Shown piece by piece: positions 10,366-19,372 of a stretch of 64,000 nucleotides of DNA. The notes under the pieces are model-generated. The model did no database searches. It was not told the origin of the DNA and saw only the letters and a program-made list of their open reading frames with translations. The position numbers were made by a program, and so were the translations under genes. Positions within the stretch are counted from its first letter, which is position 1. Each line of letters starts with the position of its first letter. The stretch covers positions 32,001-96,000 of the forward strand of contig CBDESU010000002.1 of NCBI GenBank assembly GCA_965242695.1. Direction: 5' to 3'. Origin of the DNA: Cenarchaeum sp. (lineage in GTDB: Archaea; Thermoproteota; Nitrososphaeria; Nitrososphaerales; Nitrosopumilaceae).

Positions 10366-10696
10366 AGAGCCAGGGCACCTCTTCCGGCGTTGCGTAAATG
10401 TAACGCATGTGGGGACATCCCTTGCCCGCCTTCCACCCTGCCTCGCAGGTCTGTATAGGATCCCTGCCGTGCGCGACGATTCCACCGCCGGCCACTGCGA
10501 TCCACTCGCCCATGTACTTTTCGGCCTCCTTGGGCGTCATCGCATTGAGAAACTCCATGTCCTTCTCGGCGCTCTCGTCGATCTCTGTGCACTGCGGCGG
10601 ATTCCCGACGCGCACATCCTCGGGCGATATGATCACGTCCCCTTCGGACATGAAGGGAAGTCTCGGCTCGGCGCGCCTGTCGCCGTCGTCCGCCAT
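10349..10696 (-). CDS. DUF5678-family protein (cassette C)
   Basis: MADDGDRR...KYMGEWIAVAGGGIVAHGRD...WLYVPEQ. Confidence 0.8.
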   Translation of the reverse strand: MADDGDRRAEPRLPFMSEGDVIISPEDVRVGNPPQCTEIDESAEKDMEFLNAMTPKEAEKYMGEWIAVAGGGIVAHGRDPIQTCEAGWKAGKGCPHMRYIYATPEEVPWLYVPEQ

Positions 10697-10817
10697 GCCG
10701 GGGCGCCGATTCCCCCTTATTTGAACGGTGCGGCCGGGCGCCGCAGGGAGGCGGATACGCGGGGCGCGGCTCTTGCCCGAGCCGCGACGCAGGGCGCCGC
10801 CTGTCCCATTCCCGCGG

Positions 10818-11332
10818 CTAGGCCACGGGCAGCTCGAGCCAAGACTCTTCCCTCGAGTGGTTGATGCACATGTTGACCCTGTCAAAAAAGCCGTCGAGTC
10901 CGAGCAGGAGCGGGCGGCGGATGCCCGGGTCCCGCGACCACGGCGTGTCGGGTACAAGGACGTTGCCACGCCGATGTCGATCCACGATCTGCCGCACAGG
11001 ATCTCCATGCCCAGCTGTGCTACGTAGGCCCAAAATTGCCCGGAGGCGCTGTACATCTTCCGCCGCGTGCCCTCGTCGATTGGAATTCCCAGCTCCTGAA
11101 ACAGCCAGAAGGGCGCCGCCGGCGCATCTGCCCCGGTGTCCAGCGCCGCGTCTGTCAAGATATCCGGTTCGGCTAGCCCGGGGGCGCTGTTCGGGGGCCT
11201 GGGTCGAACCAAGAGGGCCGGCTTCCTAACCAATGCCAGCCCGGTGCTCCCCGCCAACGGCACCGTCACATTCATGTAGTCGAATCGCATCCACGCCAAG
11301 GGGAGGCGCGGCAGGTCATTCCTTTGGAACAT
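10818..11332 (-). pseudogene. Aspartyl protease (cassette D) with single 1-nt frameshift near 10965; possibly intact
   Basis: ALDTGAD in first frame, VLVPDTPWSRDPGIRRPLLLGLDGFFDR in second; adding one A to GCAAC restores a full-length paralog of protease A. Confidence 0.7.
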
Positions 11333-11669
11333 AGAGCCAAGGCACCTCGTCGGGCCTTGCATAGATGTAGCGCATGTGCAGGGCCCCCTTGCCGGCCTTG
11401 CGCCCCTCTTTGCAGACCTGCCTCGGATCCTCGCCGTGCGCGACGATTCCCCCGCCGGCCACGGCTATCCACTCTCCCATGTACTTTTCGGCCTCCTTGG
11501 GCGTCATTGCATTGAGGAACTCTAGGCCCTTCTTGGCGTTCTCGTCGATCTGCGTGCACGACGGCGGGTATCCGACTCGCATGTCCTCGGGCGCTATGTA
11601 CCGTGCCTCGGCAAGGCCTGGTACGGGGGGAAGGGACGGCATGGTGTGCCGGCCGTTGTTGTCTGCCAT
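11316..11669 (-). CDS. DUF5678-family protein (cassette D)
   Basis: KYMGEWIAVAGGGIVAHGED motif. Confidence 0.8.
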   Translation of the reverse strand: MADNNGRHTMPSLPPVPGLAEARYIAPEDMRVGYPPSCTQIDENAKKGLEFLNAMTPKEAEKYMGEWIAVAGGGIVAHGEDPRQVCKEGRKAGKGALHMRYIYARPDEVPWLYVPKE

Positions 11670-11879
11670 TGCGGGGACTAGAATCGCGCCCCTATTTTGG
11701 TAGCTCGATCAGGCGCCGCGGGGCGAGCCCTGCGCCCATGCCCGACCCCCGCCCGGGTGCCGCAACGTCCCGATGCCCTATGCGATAGGCGACGCAATGC
11801 CGAGCCGCTGCGGGTGCCAAGCGGGGGCAGGTTACCGCGCCCCGGCAGGCAGGCGCATCGGGGCGGCGAACGCGGGCCG

Positions 11880-12033
11880 CCCTCGCAACGACAGGGCTGC
11901 GCTGCGCCAAGAGGCGGGGCTTGGCGCCTGCCGATGCCAGCCCGTTGCCGTCCAGCGACGGCACCCTTACATTCATGTAGCCGAACCGCATCCATGCCAA
12001 GTCGAGGTGCGGCCGGTCGTCACTTTGGGACAT
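11880..12033 (-). pseudogene. Truncated protease N-terminus (cassette E)
   Basis: MSQSDDRPHLDLAWMRFGYMNVRVP matches protease D N-terminus; similarity ends before the DTG motif. Confidence 0.6.
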
Positions 12034-12370
12034 AGAGCCAAGGCACCTCTTCAGGCTTTGCGTAAATGTACCGTATGTATATGCTTCCCTTTCCGGCCTT
12101 CCGCCCCTCTTGGCAGACCTGGTGGGGGCCTTCGCAGTGCGCGACGATTTCCCCGTCGTACACGGCTATCCACTGGCCCATGTACTTTTCCGCCTCCTTG
12201 GGCGTCATTGCGTTGAGGAAATCTAGGTTCTTCTTGGCGCCCTTGTCGATCCGTATGCGCGGCGGACGGTATCCGGCGCGCGTGTCCTCGTCCGGCGCGC
12301 CCAAGGCCTCGTCGGGTGCGAATATGGAAGGAAGCCACGGCGCGGGGCGCTCGTTGTCAGTGTCCGCCAT
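12020..12370 (-). CDS. DUF5678-family protein (cassette E)
   Basis: MADTDNER...KYMGQWIAVYDGEIVAHCEG; TTTATATA box at 12393-12400. Confidence 0.8.
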   Translation of the reverse strand: MADTDNERPAPWLPSIFAPDEALGAPDEDTRAGYRPPRIRIDKGAKKNLDFLNAMTPKEAEKYMGQWIAVYDGEIVAHCEGPHQVCQEGRKAGKGSIYIRYIYAKPEEVPWLYVPK

Positions 12371-12579
12371 TGGTAGCGGTGAACCGCCCCTGTATATAAA
12401 CAGCGCGATTGGACGCAGCGGGGCCTCGGGCACGGCTCGGAGCCGGGTGATCCCGCGTCTGGCCGCAACACGGCATGCTCCGGCCCGAGACGACACGGCG
12501 CGGCGCCCCCTGCGACCGTTCGGAGGCATGTGTATGCCACGCGCCGGCAGGCAGACAGGAAAGCGCACGCAGTGCGGCG

Positions 12580-15420
12580 CTACACCCGGATGATGCCCAT
12601 GGATACGAGGAGTCCAATGCCGCGTGCAAACGCCTCGTCCGAGACCAGGCCGTCGGCCCACCGCTTGGCCCCGGCCTTGACCCACTGAGGTATGGCCGGC
12701 GGTCCGCCGTCCGCGCCGCCCTCGGCCCCGTCCGCCTGGCGGACCTGAACAATCCCGTTCTGGATCATGTACTCTATTCCCCGGACAAACGCCTCGTCCG
12801 AGACCAGGCCGTCGGCCCACCACCCGGCGCTCGCCTTTATCCAGGCAGGAACCACAGCCTGTCCGGCGCCGGGCCCCGGTTGCGAGGATGCGGCGTACGG
12901 GCGTGGCGAGGCGGCGCCGGCGGGGCCCAAAGATGCCGGCGCGGCCCCGTCCGGCGCGCCCTCGTAGAACCTGCTCTTGTACTCGACGGGGTTGTTGGGA
13001 ACCGCAAACCCGTCCGTCCCGTACATCTGCGCCACGGCCGCCGCGTTGAGGTCCGATGGAACTCCAGACTCTGGGCCAGGCCCGGGGCACGTGGCGCGGC
13101 CGTCCTCTGCGCTGCACATCAAGTCGCCGGCCTTGTTGAACGTGTGGCCGAGCCCGACCGCATGTATGAACTCGTGTGCGGCCGTTTCGGACGCATCGGA
13201 CCGGGACACCGGACTTCCGCCGCTCGTGGTGCATACGACGGTCTGCACCGTCTTTGGCGGGTCGGAGTGGAGCTCCGACCGTCCCGAATACTCGTCAAGG
13301 CATCCGGCATCGCCCTCGTGACTGATCAAGTTCACAATCACGTCGGGGCGCCCGTCAAAGAATGGGTCGCCCGGCTCGACGACCGAGAACGTCACGCCCC
13401 AGTCGCCGCCGTACCTGCCCTCCATCGCCGATGTCCACGTCAGTATCCCCTCCTGTACAGGCACGATGTACCGCCTTGCATCGCCGGGGCCGTCGGGGCT
13501 CGGCACTATCGCCACGTGCGGCCGCCCCGGCATGGCCTGCGAATAGTGCATCTCCATGTACGCGGTTCCGTCCCCCCAGCGGCCGTAGGCGCCGCCAGGA
13601 TCGCCGCCGCGTCCTTCGCTCACGGCAATCTCGACGGTGCCGGTGCACATGCCCCCAAAGTCGAACGTTGGGCCCTCGTCGCACGTGGTCTGGCGGTAGA
13701 ACCTGTCGCTGCCCTCAAACACCGCGTACACGTCCGCCGTACGGTCCGCATCAACGCGGCTCGCAAACCAGTTGGCTGCAAACCGCCCGTCGGCGCCGAC
13801 GTAGGCTGCCGCCAGCAGGTCGTCCGGGTTGAGCATATCCTCGTCCATGATGTACACCTTTGCGCCCTCGGTCTCGTGCCCGTCCAGGGCCAGGGTGCCG
13901 GTGAACATGACGACATCGCCCTCGGCGACGCTGCGCGGGAACGGGTCGAAGCGTATGTCGCCGCCGTACTTTAGGACGGCCATCTCCTGCCGCGCCGTCT
14001 GCGACTTTTCGTAGCCGCCAGCCCCGCCAAACTCGGCGTACACGTCAAAGTCCGTCTCGACCAGGCCGGGCGAGGCGGTCCACCTTACGGCAAACCCGCC
14101 GTCGGGGCCCGTCCAGCCGCTCCCGAGCAGCTGGTCGGGCTTTAGCGGATCGTCCTCCTTGATCTTCACGACGGCGCCCTCCAACGGCAGGTTCGCATGC
14201 AGGAGCCGCCCCGTGAATGCGACCGTGTCGCCGACGTAGGCCGCACGCGGCAGCGCGTCCAGCTCGAGGGACGTCGGGTAGGTCGGGGCGGGGGCGACCA
14301 CGATCGCGCGGCGGGAGGTCGTGGACGGGCCGTGCAGGGCGTCGCCGTCGTACTCGGCGTACACGTCTAGCTCGGTCTCGACCAGCCCCTGCTCGGCGGC
14401 CCATGGTATGGAGAAGCGGCCGTCGGGGCCGGTGCGGCCGTGCGCCAAGAGGTCGTCGGGGCGGAGCAGGTCGTCGTCCTTTATCTCGATGAGCGCGCCT
14501 GCCACAGGGCGGCCACCCGACAGGAGCGCACCCTCGAAGGTTACCGTCTGCCCCTCTTGGACGTAGCCCGGGACGGGGCCGAGCGACAGCTGCGTGGGGC
14601 GGGTCGAGTCGGGCGGCCCGGCAACCGCCACGCTGTAGGTGCGGCTGCGCGACTCGGACAGGGAGGCGGTCCCCTCGAACGCGGCGTAGATGTCCCACGC
14701 GCCGCCGCCGCCCCGCTCCGAGGCGGTCCATGCCCCGCGGAACGTGCCGTCCTCGCCGGTGGTAAGGTATCCGAGCGTGTCGTCGAACCCAAAGTCGACG
14801 TCGTCCTTGATCTCTATCGAGGCGCCCTTGACGGCGTACCCGTCCGAGTCGGACAGCCAGCCGTAGAGCTCGACGGCGTCGCCGGCGGTAGCCGTCGAGG
14901 GCAGGGGCTCGAGGTGGAGATTGGTACCGCGCTTGGCCGGTGCCGTCGGCGCGGGGGCATCCACGACGACGACGCTGTAGGTGCGGCTGCGCGACTCGGA
15001 CAGGGAGGCGGTCCCCTCGAACGCGGCGTAGATGTCCCACGCGCCGCCGCCGCCCCGCTCCGAGGCGGTCCATGCCCCGCGGAACGTGCCGTCCTCGCCG
15101 GTGGTAAGGTATCCGAGCGTGTCGTCGAACCCAAAGTCGACGTCGTCCTTGATCTCTATCGAGGCGCCCTCGACGGCGTACCCGTCCGAGTCAGACAGCC
15201 AGCCGTAGAGCTCGACGGCGTCGCCGGCGGTAGCCGTCAAGGGCAGGGGCTCGAGGTGGAGGTGGGTGTAGCTGTACGCGTGTGCCGGCTCGACCGCAGG
15301 CGAGGCGATTGCAACGACAACGGCCGCCGCCGCAAGCAGGGGCAGGGCATGTCCCCCATGCCCGACCCCCCACGCATTCCAAAGATGCAGCATCCCGCTC
15401 CGCCTGCCTGCCGGCGCCAC
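12580..15420 (-). CDS. Secreted zinc metallopeptidase (metzincin-like) with N-terminal Ig-like repeats and thaumarchaeal C-terminal repeats
   Basis: Signal peptide; 4-5 related ~100-aa beta repeats; HEFIHAVGLGH...DLM zinc motif; two PxWI/VKxxAxxWADGLVSDEAF repeats; start could be ATG 15393. Confidence 0.8.
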   Translation of the reverse strand: MAPAGRRSGMLHLWNAWGVGHGGHALPLLAAAAVVVAIASPAVEPAHAYSYTHLHLEPLPLTATAGDAVELYGWLSDSDGYAVEGASIEIKDDVDFGFDDTLGYLTTGEDGTFRGAWTASERGGGGAWDIYAAFEGTASLSESRSRTYSVVVVDAPAPTAPAKRGTNLHLEPLPSTATAGDAVELYGWLSDSDGYAVKGASIEIKDDVDFGFDDTLGYLTTGEDGTFRGAWTASERGGGGAWDIYAAFEGTASLSESRSRTYSVAVAGPPDSTRPTQLSLGPVPGYVQEGQTVTFEGALLSGGRPVAGALIEIKDDDLLRPDDLLAHGRTGPDGRFSIPWAAEQGLVETELDVYAEYDGDALHGPSTTSRRAIVVAPAPTYPTSLELDALPRAAYVGDTVAFTGRLLHANLPLEGAVVKIKEDDPLKPDQLLGSGWTGPDGGFAVRWTASPGLVETDFDVYAEFGGAGGYEKSQTARQEMAVLKYGGDIRFDPFPRSVAEGDVVMFTGTLALDGHETEGAKVYIMDEDMLNPDDLLAAAYVGADGRFAANWFASRVDADRTADVYAVFEGSDRFYRQTTCDEGPTFDFGGMCTGTVEIAVSEGRGGDPGGAYGRWGDGTAYMEMHYSQAMPGRPHVAIVPSPDGPGDARRYIVPVQEGILTWTSAMEGRYGGDWGVTFSVVEPGDPFFDGRPDVIVNLISHEGDAGCLDEYSGRSELHSDPPKTVQTVVCTTSGGSPVSRSDASETAAHEFIHAVGLGHTFNKAGDLMCSAEDGRATCPGPGPESGVPSDLNAAAVAQMYGTDGFAVPNNPVEYKSRFYEGAPDGAAPASLGPAGAASPRPYAASSQPGPGAGQAVVPAWIKASAGWWADGLVSDEAFVRGIEYMIQNGIVQVRQADGAEGGADGGPPAIPQWVKAGAKRWADGLVSDEAFARGIGLLVSMGIIRV
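14630..15261. repeat. Near-identical ~290-bp intragenic direct repeat (14630-14919 and 14972-15261)
   Basis: Two copies offset by 342 bp with only a few substitutions. Confidence 0.9.
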
Positions 15421-15426
15421 GGGCAG

Positions 15427-15627
15427 CTAGTCCTTAAGCGCTACGGCCGCGGCGCGGCGCACTGAAGCGGGCAGTGCGGACTCACGGCGCCGGCCAGCGG
15501 CTATGCAGACCATCTTGGCAAGCGGGCTCGCAATCCCGGCGCCGCCCAGCGACGGCACTCTCACACTTGGGTACTCAAACCGTATCCACGACGGAGGGAA
15601 GTGCGGCCGGTAGTCACTTTGGTACAT
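15427..15627 (-). pseudogene. Truncated protease N-terminus (cassette F)
   Basis: MYQSDYRPHFPPSWIRFEYPSVRVP matches protease A N-terminus; no DTG motif. Confidence 0.6.
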
Positions 15628-15958
15628 AGAGCCAAGGCACCTCCTCGGGCTTCGCATAGATGTAGCGCATATGCAGGGCCCCCTTGCCGGCCTTGCGTCC
15701 CTCTTCGCAGACCTGCTCGGGATCCTCGCCGTGCGCTACGATTCCGCCGCCGGCCACGGCTATCCACTCTCCCATGTACTTTTCCGCCTCCTTTGACGTC
15801 ATTGCGTTGAGGAATTCTAGGCCCTTCTTGGCGTTCTCGTCGATCTGCGTGCACTGCGGGGGGTATCCGACGCGCATGTCCTCGGGCGCTATGATCACGT
15901 CTCCTTCAAACATAGGTGGTAGTCCCACGCCGGCGCGCCGGCCGTTCTCGTCCGCCAT
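15614..15958 (-). CDS. DUF5678-family protein (cassette F)
   Basis: KYMGEWIAVAGGGIVAHGED motif; TAAATAA box upstream. Confidence 0.8.
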   Translation of the reverse strand: MADENGRRAGVGLPPMFEGDVIIAPEDMRVGYPPQCTQIDENAKKGLEFLNAMTSKEAEKYMGEWIAVAGGGIVAHGEDPEQVCEEGRKAGKGALHMRYIYAKPEEVPWLYVPK

Positions 15959-16024
15959 AGCAGGGCGGCGATCCCCCCTTATTTAGACGGTCCGGCGGGG
16001 CGCCGCGTGGGCGCAGCCTGTCCA

Positions 16025-16375
16025 AGCGCCCCGTCCGAGTCGCCCCGCGCGGCGCAGCGGCCTTGTGCGCCCCGAGTGCCGCTGTGCAGAGCCGGCACGG
16101 CGCCAAGAGGCGACAGGACGGCTCGCGCCGGCGGGCAGGCGCGGCAAGGGGACGGCGGCCGCAAACGAGGGGCCGCAAGGGTTTGCAGGCGCGGCGCGCC
16201 CTCGCGACGGCAGCGCCGCGCATGCGCCAAGAGGTCGAGGCCCGGCGCCCATCCGATGCCGGTCCCGTGCCCCCCATCCCCACTGCGGCGCATCGGTGCG
16301 CTGGGACGGTCGGGCCGCTCCCGCATCATGGGAGCGTATGCAGGTCATTGCTCTGGGGCGTAGAACGAGGGGATA
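16025..16375 (-). pseudogene. 3' remnant of a further cassette (DUF5678 tail plus decayed protease)
   Basis: Homologous to 8930-9250; tcattgctctggggcgtaga matches the DUF5678 stop region. Confidence 0.5.
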
Positions 16376-16996
16376 TCGAGTCCGAACAGGCAGGCCCTCT
16401 GCGCCTCCGCGCCGACGCGCGGCGCGCCACCCGCTGCCGACACCGGCATAGTGGCAAGGGCTGGGGCGGCGGATCAGGCGGCGGCAGACGAGGTGCGAAC
16501 AGCAACAAGGGCATGCGGCGCGCCCATGCTCGCGGCGCAGTGAAAACCATCGATCCACTATTCATCCTCCCGTCCAAACATCGAAGCCCAAACCTGCGCC
16601 GCAGGCGGACGCGCAGGCGGGACATCAAGGTCAAAACTTGCAAGCCAGGCGGCCGGACATTGGCATTGGCGGCGGATACGCGGACAGGCGGCCGCTCATT
16701 GGACTGCAGCTGCGCACAAGCGGGCCGCGGATGCGCCAGTCGGTGGAGGCGGCATGGATCATGCGGCGCGTCCGGCCGACGGCGGGCGCGCAGCGCGCCG
16801 GCTGTGGCCTTGCCAATCCCTTCAATCCCCCACACGACTATCGCGCCCGTCATGCCGCCGGGTGGGCGCCGGATGCGGGGGTTGTGTTAATATGCGCGAG
16901 AGGCCGCGGCGGGCCGTGGGGGACAGGCTGCGCCAGGAGGTTGCGCACGACAGCTCTGCGGCTAGCGGGCGGCGCGGCTTGGATCGCGCAGGACGC

Positions 16997-17734
16997 ATGG
17001 CCTCAGACGCGCACCGCGGTTCCGACGCAGCGGCGGCCGCGCTTCCAAGGGAGGGCGAGAAGTTTACCGAGGGCCAGATGGTCGAGAGGTTTGGCACCTC
17101 GCCGCCTGGCGGCATACGATTAAGCAAGATATCGAGCGACATAATTCTTGTCCGCAGCGCAGACGTCCCAAATCACTGCGATGACGGCGATCCTGGAGAC
17201 TGCATCTACCATGGCGGCTACGCCGAGGAGCATGCCGACCGGATGATCGACTGGCGCAACAAGGCGCTGAGCGAATCGGGAAAAAACGGCAACCGTGTGC
17301 TGCTTTTTGCCAAAGACGGCGACAAGCTCGTGTTCCACGGCTGCGTCGAATGCGCGGGGTGGGAGCACGGGAACGTCCCGAACCGCGGCAAGGCAGTCAC
17401 CTTCAAAATGAGGCGGATCGGCAGTGCGGCGGCGCGTCCCGCGGGCCCTGCAAGGTACGCCACAGCCGTGAAGATTGCCAGGGACGAGGACGGCGGGTAC
17501 GTTGCTACCGCCCCCGCACTGCCGGCCTGCATATCCCAAGGCGAGACGAGGGCAGAGGCCCAAGAAAACTTGGCAGAGGCCATATCGCTGTATTTGGAGT
17601 ATCATTTGGAAGGCAAAGAGGACTTTTCGCCCGATCTTCCCGCCTCTCTTGACGTTGCCAGTATCCATGTGGACGGGGGCAGTGTCGACACAAGGATTGC
17701 CACTGTGCCGCATTCACGTCCTCGGGCGGTGTGA
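16997..17734 (+). CDS. SRA/YDG-like domain fused to HicB-like antitoxin domain
   Basis: N-term RFGTSPPGGIRLS..NKALSES..RVLLF..FKMRR (SRA-like); C-term RDEDGGYVATAPALPACISQGETRAEAQENLAEAISLYLE (HicB). Confidence 0.7.
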   Translation: MASDAHRGSDAAAAALPREGEKFTEGQMVERFGTSPPGGIRLSKISSDIILVRSADVPNHCDDGDPGDCIYHGGYAEEHADRMIDWRNKALSESGKNGNRVLLFAKDGDKLVFHGCVECAGWEHGNVPNRGKAVTFKMRRIGSAAARPAGPARYATAVKIARDEDGGYVATAPALPACISQGETRAEAQENLAEAISLYLEYHLEGKEDFSPDLPASLDVASIHVDGGSVDTRIATVPHSRPRAV

Positions 17735-17806
17735 CCGCGTCCCCTTCAGGCACGGGCGGCATCGCCTCGCCGCCTCGCCGGCGCGCCGGCCGTTCTCGCC
17801 CGCCAT
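17714..17806 (-). pseudogene. 5' remnant of a DUF5678 cassette
   Basis: MAGENGRRAG.. and ..EGDAVTPPEDV match DUF5678 N-termini; upstream 17810-17990 matches 9620-9780 and 11690-11850. Confidence 0.6.
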
Positions 17807-18102
17807 GGCGGGGCGGCGATCCTCCCTTTGTTTAGCCGGCGCGAATGGGCCGCGCCGGCGGGGGCCTGCGCCCATGCCGAGACCCCGCCCTGCTGCCGCG
17901 GCGCTCCGATGCCTTGTACGCATGGGCGCCGCGGTGCCGAGCCGCTGCGGGCGCCAAGCGGGGGCAAGTTACCACTATCCGGCAGGCATGCGCACCGAGG
18001 CGGCGATGCGGCCGCCAGACAGGCGCGGTGCGCCGCCCGCGCCCGTCCCGCAGCTAGCCCGATCGCATCGTATATATAGCAACCTTGGGGGGCCCCGCCA
18101 GC

Positions 18103-18732
18103 ATGCGCCAAGAAGTCGTCCAAGAACCGGCTGAGGGGAGACCAGACTCTATGTCGGTGCTTGGTAGCGAAAAAATGGCGGGCGTTGTGTTGCACGGCTC
18201 GCACGCGGACATGCTTCAGCAGGGTAGCAAGTTCAGCGACGAGGAGCTCGGCGCGCGGCTCGGTGTGCCCACGACGGGTGGCATACGCGTCAGCCACGAG
18301 AACAAGTGCATAGTGCTTGTGGATCGCCTTGGCGGTGACGACACACGCGGGGGCAGTGTCGGCGACATAGTCAGGTACGCGGGGCAGGATCTTGGCGGAG
18401 GGGCGGAGGCGGACCAGGTGCTGGACGGCGCCAACCTAGACTTGGCCCTCTCAAAGGCTAGGGGGTATTCTGTGCTCGGCTTTTCAAGGGAGGGTGAAGG
18501 GTCGCTCGTGCTCGACAGGGTCGTAGAGTGCGACTCGCTTTGCTTCGAGAGGGGTGGCGGGCGCAACGTCATCGTTTTCAAAATGCGGGTTGTCGACGGT
18601 GGGGTAAGCGACTATGAAGGACCAAGCCCCGAGGTCGAAAGGGCGCTCCAGTCAATAGAAGCGGGGACATCTGCCGGCAAAAGGTACACGATTGACGAGT
18701 ACATTGAGTATATCAAGAAGGTTATGGGATAA
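18103..18732 (+). CDS. SRA-like domain protein with C-terminal antitoxin-like tail
   Basis: LGVPTTGGIRVS..VRYAGQD..DQVLDGANLDL..VIVFKMR; tail PEVERALQSIEAG..KRYTIDEYIEYIKKV; TATATATA at 18071-18078; TAATG coupling to toxin. Confidence 0.7.
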   Translation: MRQEVVQEPAEGRPDSMSVLGSEKMAGVVLHGSHADMLQQGSKFSDEELGARLGVPTTGGIRVSHENKCIVLVDRLGGDDTRGGSVGDIVRYAGQDLGGGAEADQVLDGANLDLALSKARGYSVLGFSREGEGSLVLDRVVECDSLCFERGGGRNVIVFKMRVVDGGVSDYEGPSPEVERALQSIEAGTSAGKRYTIDEYIEYIKKVMG

Positions 18733-19022
18733 TGCCGCTGTGGGAGGTGAAGAACGAAGGTAGGATTGTCAAAGGGCTAAAAAACCTCAAGGGCAATACG
18801 ATGGTAATGAACAGTTTCGTCAGGCTTATGGAAGAGATAAAGTACTGCACAGACCCTTCCATCTTTGGCGAAAGAAAGCGCTGGAAGTACAAGTACTGCT
18901 ATGGAGTCCACCTTACGAGATCCATCAGTTTCATTTACAGGGTGGATTATGCATCCCACACGGTCTACGCTTTAGACATTGGCGATCACAAGTGGCTGTA
19001 TGGTCGGGACAGCCGTTCATGA
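18732..19022 (+). CDS. RelE/ParE-superfamily toxin-like protein
   Basis: 96 aa, basic, FIYRVDY..VYALDIGDHKWLYGRD; translationally coupled; low GC. Confidence 0.7.
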   Translation: MPLWEVKNEGRIVKGLKNLKGNTMVMNSFVRLMEEIKYCTDPSIFGERKRWKYKYCYGVHLTRSISFIYRVDYASHTVYALDIGDHKWLYGRDSRS

Positions 19023-19372
19023 TCTTGGGGCGCCCCAGACCAGTAGCCCACTTTCTCGGTTCCTCGTGCGTTCAATTCTAGGCTGGCGTCGGAGTCGACC
19101 GTGGCATATCCCTCTCAAGCTGAAGAGCCGGGATTGGCGCCGCGCATCGCGCCCCGCCGACATGACCGCCCCGATGCGGCACGGCATGCCCACCCGCGAT
19201 GCCGGCATGCGGCCGGAACGCCCTGCGAAGGACGGGGCGGCCCGTCCGAGACCATGCAGGGCGCAGGGCGCCTGCCCGTTCCGCTGGCGCAGGGGCCGGC
19301 CGCGGGCGTTCATGCACGGCGGGCACCCGCGCGCGCATCGCACGCGGTAGCAGATCCTCGGGAGACATCCCG

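Larger units (their letters stand above)
7995..12400 (-). repeat. Tandem array of five diverged DUF5678-protease cassettes (about 0.7-1.1 kb each)
   Basis: Recurrent nucleotide blocks such as gccggccacggctatccactcgcccatgtacttt and catagagccaaggcacctc. Confidence 0.85.

Noticed and set aside
10349-11362. 337-aa protease-DUF5678 fusion ORF
   Set aside because: Artefact of the 1-nt frameshift near 10965 reading through the spacer; cassette C has its own TATA box and ATG.
7995-12400. CRISPR array, integron or DGR interpretation of the cassette array
   Set aside because: Repeats are diverged protein-coding units; no short fixed repeats with spacers, attC sites, integrase or reverse transcriptase in view.
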